Assembly (NCBI GenBank): GCA_963802945.1
Contig: CAWDKY010000053.1
Location: 1-64,000, forward strand
Source: an uncultured delta proteobacterium
GTDB taxonomy: Bacteria; Desulfobacterota; RBG-13-43-22
Direction of reading: 5' to 3'
Length of the DNA: 64,000 nt
Shown: positions 10,540 to 19,374 of the stretch, piece after piece
Position numbering within the stretch: the stretch's first letter is position 1
Layout: each line of letters starts with the position of its first letter
Position numbers and translations under genes: made by a program
The notes under the pieces: model-generated
Seen by the model: the letters and a program-made list of their open reading frames with translations, nothing else
Told to the model about the DNA's origin: nothing
Databases searched by the model: none

Positions 10540-11661
10540 ATGAAAAAAATAATCGTTCTTTCAAGCATACTCGGTTCTTGTTGTTGAATGGGATAATTCA
10601 AACCGGTTATGCCCAAAAAGTTGAAACCCCTTCCCAGCCGACGAATTTCTCCGAGCCTCATAAAAGGATTTATCCAAAATGTGAACCAATCAGTTTCTTT
10701 TTTGGCCGCCGATCTTGGTTTTGATTATCGACAGAGACCGGTGGTCGGGATTCTGGTTTCGAATTTTTACAATCCGGCCGGAGAAGAAATTGAAATAGGC
10801 AATCAAATCGCCTCGGAACTGCGGGCGACCTTAAACAAGGGAACCCAATTTCATGTTTATGGGAAAGAACATCCGGTTAGCCAAAGTTTGAAAGCCAGCT
10901 TAACCACCGATCCAAAATGGAGCGCCTCTTCTCAAAAAACGTTTCAGCAAAACTTATTGAAAAAATTTAAACCATTTCCCGTTGATTTGATTATCACCGG
11001 CCAAGTGAGCCAGGGGCCTGAAAACCGTATAAAAGTGATGGCAAACCTGATCCCTTTTTATAAACCCATAAGTCTGGTGGAGGGCGAGAGCGGAAGAAGC
11101 GATATCCGCACCGAACAATTTCTCAGCCCGGCCCTATCGCTACCAGAGATGGATAAGGCTTTGTCGGTCATTCAAATACCGACCGTAGCCAAAGGACGTT
11201 TGGTCATTGTCTCTTTAATGAAAATGAAGAATGGTCAATATTCCGGGCCTGGGACTTTGTCATCCCAGGACAGGACAACCATGAAAAGCTTTGGGGAATC
11301 CTCGGAAATACCTGTAAAGCGCCTGTCCATAATGGATATCGCCTGTTGTTGGCTGGACGATAAAGAATTATCCGTTGTCAAAGATTGGGAGGATTTCAAG
11401 AAGAAAGAGTATCATGATGTTTTAAGCGGGTTCGGTGCCGACACCATTTGGTTTGATGACATGATTACTGAAGGGCCCCACTCGATTTTCATCAGTCTTG
11501 CCCAAGATCCATCGAAAACCCGATTTAAGACCTTTTCAAAATTCTTTTCCATAAAGGGCGGAACATCCAACTATCTGTTTTTTTCCATCGATTCCGATCT
11601 ACTGGGAGAACTCGAGGTTCGGCATGTCATAGATCCCGAAAACAGATCCTTGCCGTTTTAA
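10540..11661 (+). CDS. exported hypothetical protein, possible FlgO/CsgG-like N-terminal domain; 5' part frameshifted
   Basis: 350-aa ORF 10609-11661. Upstream ATG at 10540 gives a signal-like MKKIIVLSSIL that joins FLLLNGIIQTGYAQ in other frames. Pattern VGILVSNF..IGNQIASELRATL...VDLIITGQV. Confidence 0.55.
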
Positions 11662-11867
11662 ACGAAAAGGAAAATCAGGAATCCAGGAGTCAGAATTCAG
11701 AATAAAAACTTTTAATCGTTTGATTTTAAGGTTTAATTTCATGCTTCGTGGCGCCCGCCGCCAGCGGATATGAGGATTTAAATGAAAATAGAATTCGAAG
11801 ATTCCAAAGTTCAAAGAAACTGCCGGTATAAGCTGTATAGTACACGGTTTTTCCTTGAACCTTTCAA

Positions 11868-12527
11868 TCACTTTACCCCTTGGCTCCTTGAACTCCCAAG
11901 ATATTCTTTCAGTTCCGAAAATCCTTGGATGTGAAAATCAGCCAGCAAGGCTGAATTTTTATAAGCCACAAAAATCACACCCGCTCTGCTGGCCGTTTGG
12001 GCATCAACCTCCGAATCTCCAACATACCAACATTGTCTGGGAGTCACTTGAAAATAATTTACTATCTTGAATATCGATTCGGGATCCGGTTTTGGTTGAC
12101 TTACATCCAACGAACTGATCACTAAATCAAAATAAGGTTGCAAGTCAAACGTTTGTAACACCTGTCCGATAGTGGTTGATCGGTTGGTGGAAACTGCTGT
12201 TTTGAACTTTGGCCGGATATAATCTAAGAAGTCGATCAATCCCGGTTCCATATCCATCAATTGGATAAAAGGGGTATAGTCAAGACTCCGGTTATAAGCC
12301 AGGACCGCATCCCGGAGGTGCTGGTCCCTAAACAAATAATTGACCGACTCTCCGGCCGTATGCATATGAACATAATCTAAATCGGTTTCGGCCAAAGGTG
12401 GCTTCCCAAAGTGTGTCAATAAATGATTATAAAAAGATTGGTTGGCCTTTCGGGAGTTAAATAGGACTCCATCGCAATCAAAAATGATTACATCCGGCGG
12501 GCGAACAAAACTCAGGGGCGTGTCCAT
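11868..12527 (-). CDS. HAD-family hydrolase (phosphoglycolate phosphatase-like)
   Basis: IIFDCDGVLFNS motif I, STNR, PKPDPE, YVGDSEVD. Confidence 0.9.
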   Translation of the reverse strand: MDTPLSFVRPPDVIIFDCDGVLFNSRKANQSFYNHLLTHFGKPPLAETDLDYVHMHTAGESVNYLFRDQHLRDAVLAYNRSLDYTPFIQLMDMEPGLIDFLDYIRPKFKTAVSTNRSTTIGQVLQTFDLQPYFDLVISSLDVSQPKPDPESIFKIVNYFQVTPRQCWYVGDSEVDAQTASRAGVIFVAYKNSALLADFHIQGFSELKEYLGSSRSQGVK

Positions 12528-12906
12528 AGAATCGAATTTCCACCTCTGGATTAATGGGGTCATTGCTGATGACCTTAAAGAATCGTTCAAAGTTTCCGTC
12601 CAATTTCTTAGGTATCAGTTGAAGCAATATTTCTCCCTGGCCTCCGGCTGGGATGTACGGGTCAAACCGTACTACTTTGGTGCTTCAATAATACTTAATT
12701 TTGGAGATATGAAGAGGAGATTCTCCCAAATTTTTAACGGCGACACGGTAGGTGACTGGTTCGGGAGAGACCAGGTCGCCGACATTCAACACCGTAGGAC
12801 TCAAGACCATCTTAGGGGCCAACGTTAAGTTCTCCTCGGTCACTAAAGGAAGACTACAGGCCATAAGACTGAAAAACATGATCATGAAAAGTATTCGCTT
12901 AACCAT
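12478..12906 (-). CDS. DUF1573-like lipoprotein with in-frame UGA (candidate selenoprotein)
   Basis: Lipobox LMAC. ...VKNLGESPLHISKIKYY-UGA(12685-12687)-STKVVRFDPYIPAGGQGEILL...KVISNDPINPEVEIRFYG; frame stays open to TGA 12478. Hairpin 12 nt after the UGA. Confidence 0.75.
12655..12672 (-). promoter_or_regulatory. SECIS-like stem-loop
   Basis: mRNA UGA-AGCACCAAAGUA-GUACGG-UUUGAC-CCGUAC: perfect 6-bp stem starting 12 nt after the UGA. Confidence 0.6.
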
Positions 12907-13198
12907 ATTGTAATTCTGTCTTTTTCAAGCCCTAAAGTCAAGAAAAAACCATACGATCATCATTCTTCAAAAGACACCCTCGTCCTCTTTTCTTCCGGCC
13001 TATTTTTCTTCTTGATCTTGTATTTTCCGTGGATTTATTTTTATAGCAACTAGGGTTCTTAAAAAGAGAAATAATTTAACAACGAAGAATTTAGCACTAT
13101 GAGGCAGCATGCTATTATTGGAGAAAATATTTTAAAACCCCTCCAATCCATGCCGAATTAAACCAACTGGTAAGACACACCATCAGCCTAGATCATTC

Positions 13199-15871
13199 CT
13201 ATTTTAAGGCCAGTCTTACCTCGGTTATACCACCGGACATCATTTTGTATTGAAAACCCAATTTTCTGGCCATGTTCAGCATCTTTTCGTTTTCAGTGAG
13301 TACCGAACCATAAATCTCCTCCAGGCCTTTGTCCTGAGCAATGCCTATGATCAGATCAACAAGCTTATAGCCCAGACCTCTCCCCTGGTAATCATCATGC
13401 ACCAGCACGGCGTATTCGCCGCTCCGGAAGTCGGGTTCGATAATCAGTCTCCCGATACCAATGATCCTTCTCCGACTGCCGTCCTTCACTTCAGCTACCA
13501 TGGCCATCTCCCGGTCATAATCGATGTTGCAGAAACGAATGAGCATTTCATGGGAGATATCTCTGACTATGTAAAAGAATCGGGTCCTCAATGTTTCCTG
13601 GGATAAAGTTGACAGCATCTCATGTTCCAACGGTTCGTCCTCCGGTCTAATCGGCCGAAGCGTCACTTCGGTGCCGTCCGACAATTTCCAGAAGGTGATA
13701 TATCTTGTCGGATAGGGTGTAATGACCAGGTGTGGGTATGGAAGAGTATGATCAATCGATTCTTTGTCTATAATGATTCTAGCATCAAGACCATAGGCTT
13801 TCCCATTGGTTATGGCAATCGGGTTTATATCCATTTCGGCAATTTCCGGGAAATCCACAATCAGATTGGAGAAGCTGACCAGCAGCTGTTCCAGCTCTTT
13901 CATGTCGGCAGGCTTTTTCCCTCGATAACCTTGGAGCATCTTATATACTTTGGTCTCCTCCATCAGTCTCCGGGCCAGTATCTGGTTCAGCGGAGGAAGA
14001 CCGATAGAAATATCTTTGAATACTTCGGCACCGATTCCCCCCATTCCAAAAAGGATGATTGACCCAAAATCTTTATCTTTTTTAGCCCCTAAAATAATCT
14101 CATAATCAACATTCTCAATCATCTTCTGGACAGTGACTCCCGCTATTACGGCTTGCGGCATTTTTTCTTTAACCGTTTTCAGCATTTCTGCATATTCCAG
14201 TTTCAGCTCTTCTTCCGACCTGATGCCGATCCTCACCCCACCGACATCGCTTTTATGGGAAATATCCGGGGAGACGATCTTGATAACCACAGGGTATTTT
14301 ATCCTATCGGCTATCGTTATGGCCCCTTCAATACCGTGAACCAAGTAGGCCTCAATAACCGGAAGGCCGTAATTACTTAAAAAGTTTTTCGATTCCTCTT
14401 CGGAAAGAACAGCCCTTTCATCTTTAACAATCCTCTTAATAAGGGCCTTTAAGTGATTTTTCGGAGGGGACTCTGTTAACGGAAGTTCGGATGGCGTTTC
14501 ATAAAGCAGGGCAAGATTTCTGTAATATTTATTCATGTACAAGTAGGTTTTCACCGCATCTTCGGGGGTTTCAAAGACGGGTATTTTGTTGCTCAGCAGG
14601 ATCTCTCTCCCTTGATAAACAGATTCTCCTCCGACTAAGGCAACGATGATCGGTTTCCGGGCCTCCTTGGCCAGTTCCACCACCGAAGCGGCCAAACGAT
14701 CAGGCTGGGAAATGGCTTGTGGGGTATATATAACCAGGACGCCATCCACGTTCGGATCGTTTAAACAGATCTTGATGGCCTTCACATACCGGTCATTGTC
14801 TGCATCTCCCAGCACGTCAATGGGGTTGGCTTTGCTCCAGAACGAAGGCAGGAAGGCATTCAACTCGTTTATACTTTTATCCAACAGTTTGGCCAGTTCC
14901 CCTCCTAATTCCACTAAGGTATCGGTGGCCATCACGCCAAAACCACCGGCATTGGTGACAATGGCCAGCCGGCGATCCTTTGGCAATAAATTCGAGTCGA
15001 GCACCTCGGCTGTATTGAATAAACCGCCGAACTCCGTAACCCTGATGACTCCCGCTCTTTTGAAGGCCGCCTCATACACCTGATCATCACCGGCCATGGC
15101 ACCGGTGTGAGAGAGTGTGGCCTTGGCACTCTCCATAAATCTGCCCGGCTTTACTATGAATATGGGTTTGTTCCGGGCAAACCCTCTGGCGGCACTCATA
15201 AATTTTTTAGCATGTCCGACCCCTTCCATGTAAAGCATAATACTCCGCGTATGCGAATCATTGCCAAGAAAATCTATCATATCGCCAAAATCGATATCAA
15301 TCATGGATCCCAGGGAGGCAAACATGCTGAAACCGACATGAGCGTTAATCGCCCAATCGAGTATGGAACTGCCTAACGCCCCGCTTTGGGAAATGAAAGC
15401 AATGTTGCCGGGGACCGGATCGACTTTTAAAAAAGAGGTGTTTAAACCGATATGGGGTCGGATCACACCGACACAGTTCGGCCCAATGATTCTCAGACCG
15501 TATTTTTTTCTGATTTCGCTGATCTCTTCCTCCAGTTTTTTCCCTTCCTCGCCGATCTCTTTAAATCCGGCTGAAATGATGGTAATCCCGTCAACCCCTG
15601 CCCTTCCGCAATCTTCAACAATGGCGGCTACGGTTTTGGCCGGTATGGCAATCACGGCCAGGTCAACGTGTTCCGGTATGCCGGTAACATTCGGGTAACA
15701 CTTAAGATCCAAGATGCTTTTTTGGTTCGGATTTACCGGGAATATTTTCCTCTTCCCTGGGGAAAGAATATTTTCCAGAATGGCCCTTCCGACAGCGCCT
15801 GCTTTATCACTGGCCCCGATAAGGGCAATCGTCTTGGGATCAAACATAGCCTTGATGCTACTCATGGTCAA
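13199..15871 (-). CDS. acyl-CoA synthetase (NDP-forming)-like/GNAT fusion, protein lysine acetyltransferase Pat type
   Basis: CoA-binding domain (IALIGAS, IIGPNCVG, ISQSGALG, SHTGAMAG), ATP-grasp (HKSDVGGV, EMDINP), C-terminal GNAT (RPIRPED, CNIDYDREMA, YQGRGLG). Confidence 0.93.
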   Translation of the reverse strand: MTMSSIKAMFDPKTIALIGASDKAGAVGRAILENILSPGKRKIFPVNPNQKSILDLKCYPNVTGIPEHVDLAVIAIPAKTVAAIVEDCGRAGVDGITIISAGFKEIGEEGKKLEEEISEIRKKYGLRIIGPNCVGVIRPHIGLNTSFLKVDPVPGNIAFISQSGALGSSILDWAINAHVGFSMFASLGSMIDIDFGDMIDFLGNDSHTRSIMLYMEGVGHAKKFMSAARGFARNKPIFIVKPGRFMESAKATLSHTGAMAGDDQVYEAAFKRAGVIRVTEFGGLFNTAEVLDSNLLPKDRRLAIVTNAGGFGVMATDTLVELGGELAKLLDKSINELNAFLPSFWSKANPIDVLGDADNDRYVKAIKICLNDPNVDGVLVIYTPQAISQPDRLAASVVELAKEARKPIIVALVGGESVYQGREILLSNKIPVFETPEDAVKTYLYMNKYYRNLALLYETPSELPLTESPPKNHLKALIKRIVKDERAVLSEEESKNFLSNYGLPVIEAYLVHGIEGAITIADRIKYPVVIKIVSPDISHKSDVGGVRIGIRSEEELKLEYAEMLKTVKEKMPQAVIAGVTVQKMIENVDYEIILGAKKDKDFGSIILFGMGGIGAEVFKDISIGLPPLNQILARRLMEETKVYKMLQGYRGKKPADMKELEQLLVSFSNLIVDFPEIAEMDINPIAITNGKAYGLDARIIIDKESIDHTLPYPHLVITPYPTRYITFWKLSDGTEVTLRPIRPEDEPLEHEMLSTLSQETLRTRFFYIVRDISHEMLIRFCNIDYDREMAMVAEVKDGSRRRIIGIGRLIIEPDFRSGEYAVLVHDDYQGRGLGYKLVDLIIGIAQDKGLEEIYGSVLTENEKMLNMARKLGFQYKMMSGGITEVRLALK

Positions 15872-16305
15872 TTCACCTCCCCATTTCCGGGGCCGTTAAA
15901 ACTATCAGCCCCTTTGGAGATTTCTTGGATTTTGGTCTTTTCGGCCATCTCCTGTTTATAGTCCACTATTAACTCTGTTATTGTAACGTCTCCCAAGGGC
16001 TTCGTCAAAAAGAAAATAAAACGCCCTTGTTCCGACGTCCTGAAACCAGATGAAAACAAAAAATCCGATAGAAAAATAATATGAATATACTCCTCCTAAG
16101 GATATGAAGCGAATGCCTTTTTCAACTCCTAATCGATAATACACACAGGCCAATGGCGAAAACTTGGGAATGAAATCCAGTCATTCCAGCTTCCCTTTTG
16201 ATGCTCGGATTTTTCTCTTATATTGACTTTCCTATCCTATAGGGATAATTTATTCCTCAGTGAAGTTAATAGGTTTTTCAATAAATCAGAAAGGACCCAA
16301 ATGAC

Positions 16306-16872
16306 ATGAAAGTTGTTGCCTTTAATGGTAGCCCGAGGAAGGATGGCAATACGACCATCCTCATTAATCACGTTTTTAACGAACTGGATAAAGAAGGGAT
16401 AGAAACAGAATTGGTCCAGTTATCTGGAAAGAAAATTCATGGTTGTATAGCCTGTTATAAATGTTTTCAAAATAAAGACCAGCAATGTTCTGTCAAAGAG
16501 GACGACTTAAACGAATGTATTGCTAAGATGATTAGGGCAGATGGGATCATCCTGGGTTCCCCAGTCTATTTTGCCGATCTCACTTCAGAGATGAAAGCCC
16601 TTATGGATCGTGCCGGTTTTGTATCTATGGCCAACGGGGGGATGTATAAAAACAAGGTCGGCGCTGCTGTGGTTGCCGTACGTCGTTCCGGTGCCATCCA
16701 CACCCTTGACTCCCTTCTTCATTTTTTTCTTGCCGGACAAATGATCATTATTGGTCGAGGTATTGGTGTGGGCAGGGAAAAAGGCGAGGTGGAAAAAGAT
16801 AAAGAAGGCATTCAGGCCGTAAAAGCCCTGGGGCAAAGGATGGCCTGGTTGCTTAAAAAGGTTTATGGCTAG
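16306..16872 (+). CDS. iron-sulfur flavoprotein / flavodoxin family protein
   Basis: FNGSPRKDGNT, CIACYKC-x7-C, LGSPVYF, KALMDR. Confidence 0.9.
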   Translation: MKVVAFNGSPRKDGNTTILINHVFNELDKEGIETELVQLSGKKIHGCIACYKCFQNKDQQCSVKEDDLNECIAKMIRADGIILGSPVYFADLTSEMKALMDRAGFVSMANGGMYKNKVGAAVVAVRRSGAIHTLDSLLHFFLAGQMIIIGRGIGVGREKGEVEKDKEGIQAVKALGQRMAWLLKKVYG

Positions 16873-16899
16873 AGGTTATCAAATAAGATCTTCTCAAAT

Positions 16900-18144
16900 T
16901 CAATTAAGTTCTTTTTCCTGTGGAAAGACCGGCAGGTAGCGATAGGATAAGGAGATAATCAAGGCCCCATAGGCCAGAACGGCTATAACCGGCGCCCATT
17001 CCTGCCAACTCGGCCAGTAGGTTACCAGGCGGTCAAAAGGCATGACCGGCAAAGCCAGAGAAACCACTGTAAAGACGAACCGGTTAAAAATAACCCCCAG
17101 GCAGGTCAAAAGGCAGGCCAAGACCAACCATTCGGGACTCATCCTCATTTTATTGCTCAGCAGCATAAAGGCCGGAAGAATTCCAAAAATGCCCAGTTCA
17201 GCCACCACCAACCAGAAACCATAGGGACTTGGATATTGATCCATCAAATGCAATCCTTGAGCCGGCAAGTTGACTATTGCCCAATAAATTGTATCGGCAA
17301 ACTTTAAAATGAGATAAGCGATCAACAGACCCCCGGAAATCTTACCCAACAAGGCCAGCACTTCTTGTTTAACCAATTTTCGTCCGGTCACCTTCTGTAC
17401 CAGGGAGGTAATCAAAATCGTAAAGGCCGGTCCGGAGGCAATGGCCGAGGCAATGAAAAGGAAGAAGGTCCAGGGCCAGATAAAAAATCCTCCCCTAAAG
17501 GCAAAAGGCCGGGCGAACATAACGCCGAACATACCGCCCAGAGAACCTTGATGGAAAAAAGACAGAAAGGTCCCTGTCCCGGCGAAGATGAACATCAGTT
17601 GATGCAGATTCTGGCCAAAATAATGGGCAAAGGGTTTGGAATCAATTTTTTTGTTTTCCAGGACCAGAGGGACATATTCGATCATCAATACCCCAAAATA
17701 AAGGGTGATACAAAAGATCACTTCGGTCATCACGGAATGCACATTGGGATGCCAGAAACCGTACCAGGCCCGCAATGGTTGCCCCACATCCAGCGTGAGA
17801 ATCAAAATCGCCCCGCTGTAACAAATAAACCCAATGATGACCGCAAAATTAATGATGGCCTTCAATTCTTTTTTGCCCAAGAGATAAGTCAAAAAGCCGG
17901 TAAAAAAAGCCCCGGCCCCCAGGGCAATGACCGACAGGTCAAAGGTGATCCACAAGGCGAACCCGAAATAATCGTTCATATTGGTCTGGTTCAATCCCTT
18001 CCAGAAGATCAGAAAAGCCGCCAACAATCCCCACCCTATAAATAAACATAAGATAATAATCCATTGGAAAAATTTGCGGCCGGAACACCGAACAACTCCT
18101 TCCGGAATAAAGGCCTCATCTTTAACCATCATGTTATCATTCAT
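16900..18144 (-). CDS. qrcD: quinone reductase complex membrane subunit QrcD (NrfD/PsrC family)
   Basis: Multi-TM, WITFDLSVIALGAGAFFTG, DVGQPLRAWYGFWHPNVHS, SFFHQGSLGG; last gene of the ABCD cluster. Start moved to 18144. Confidence 0.9.
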   Translation of the reverse strand: MNDNMMVKDEAFIPEGVVRCSGRKFFQWIIILCLFIGWGLLAAFLIFWKGLNQTNMNDYFGFALWITFDLSVIALGAGAFFTGFLTYLLGKKELKAIINFAVIIGFICYSGAILILTLDVGQPLRAWYGFWHPNVHSVMTEVIFCITLYFGVLMIEYVPLVLENKKIDSKPFAHYFGQNLHQLMFIFAGTGTFLSFFHQGSLGGMFGVMFARPFAFRGGFFIWPWTFFLFIASAIASGPAFTILITSLVQKVTGRKLVKQEVLALLGKISGGLLIAYLILKFADTIYWAIVNLPAQGLHLMDQYPSPYGFWLVVAELGIFGILPAFMLLSNKMRMSPEWLVLACLLTCLGVIFNRFVFTVVSLALPVMPFDRLVTYWPSWQEWAPVIAVLAYGALIISLSYRYLPVFPQEKELN

Positions 18145-18202
18145 TTTCTGCCTCTTTAGTTCAAAAATAACCACACCTAAGTTTTGTGGTGGTCTATTCT
18201 CC

Positions 18203-18457
18203 GTCATGCCGGACTTGATCCGGCATCCAGGGCATTTGATAATTTAATTTACCTGGATTCCGGCTTTCGAGACTGTGTCGTAATAGCGGACAGCGCCATC
18301 AAAGCCGTCATCCAGACGTCGTCCCGGCGAAAGCCGGGAACCAGACCCATATCCCCTGGATTCCCCCGGATCGAGTCCGGGGCAGGCTCCTCGTCGCGCT
18401 TCGCTTGCACGGAATGACAAAAATATAATTGCGCCACAGTCTCTTCGCCGGAATGAC
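18203..18457. repeat. nested palindromic repeat: REP-like hairpins with a TIR-MITE (18269-18443) inserted
   Basis: GTCATGCCGGACTTGATCCGGCATCCAG ... CTGGATTCCGGCTTTC[GAGACTGTGTCG...GCCACAGTCTC]TTCGCCGGAATGAC. Near-identical to 34827-35090. Confidence 0.85.
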
Positions 18458-18600
18458 TTTTTCTTATATGGTAAAGCAATATTTTCATGATTTCTGGTGC
18501 ATTGCAAAGCGCATAAAGGTTTTATTCGACGAACACCCCTGCCTCTCGCAGGCACTCAACGCCGAACGCTTTTTGTGCCCTAGACCCCTTGAATCCTTTA

Positions 18601-19365
18601 TTATGAAACCTTCCTGATCGCTTCTTTTTTCAAATCATTGTCCCCCTGCCGGCGAATCCAATCCTGCCTGGTCAGGTAATAGACCTTGGGCCGGCTCCCT
18701 AATTTCTCAAGGAGTCGAAAGGCCCTGGGACTTTTACTGAGTTGAAAGACCTGACTTTGGGGGTCCTTCAAATTGCCAAAGGTAATGGCCCTGGTCGGAC
18801 AGGCCTCAGCGCAGGCCGTGATGTATTCTCCATCCTTGAGGTCGCGCCGCTCTTCCATAAAGGCCTTATCCTTAGCCCGCTGATAGCGATGATGGCAAAA
18901 GGTGCATTTATTGACCACCCCGCGCATGGCCAAGGAAACATCCGGGTTCAAATAATTCTCCATACCTTTGGGATAAACCGGGTCCCACCAATAAAAATAC
19001 CGGGCATGATAGGGGCAGGCGGCCACACAGTACCGACAGCCTATGCATCGGGAATAAATCTGACTGACGATCCCCTTCTCATCCATCTGAGTGGCATTGA
19101 CCGGGCAGACCGAGACGCAAGGGGTGTGCTGGCAGTGCATACAGGGCCGTGGTAAAAAGGCCACCCGGGTCTTGGGAAAAGGTTGACCATTGTTGAGCCG
19201 ATAGAGCCGCATCCAGGTGGTGGTCCTGAGTTTGTCGGTCTCGTCTTCCCGGAAAGAAAGGTTGTTTTCAGCCATACAGGCCACAGCACAAGACCCGCAT
19301 CCGGTACACTTATCCAGGTCAATGACCATACCATATAATTCTTTTCCGACCGATACCTCTTTCAT
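18601..19365 (-). CDS. qrcC: QrcC, 4Fe-4S ferredoxin subunit (NrfC/DmsB family)
   Basis: CTGCGSCAVAC, CMHC..TPCVSVCP, CIGCRYCVAACPY, KCTFC..ACAEACP. Confidence 0.9.
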   Translation of the reverse strand: MKEVSVGKELYGMVIDLDKCTGCGSCAVACMAENNLSFREDETDKLRTTTWMRLYRLNNGQPFPKTRVAFLPRPCMHCQHTPCVSVCPVNATQMDEKGIVSQIYSRCIGCRYCVAACPYHARYFYWWDPVYPKGMENYLNPDVSLAMRGVVNKCTFCHHRYQRAKDKAFMEERRDLKDGEYITACAEACPTRAITFGNLKDPQSQVFQLSKSPRAFRLLEKLGSRPKVYYLTRQDWIRRQGDNDLKKEAIRKVS

Positions 19366-19374
19366 GAACAACCT

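Noticed and set aside
18184-18617. Overlapping ORFs at 18184-18617, 21678-22140, 25518-25784 and 34828-35108 sharing peptides such as SFRASEARRG or CHSVQAKRD
   Set aside because: They are translations of the palindromic repeat/MITE DNA in several frames, not a protein family.
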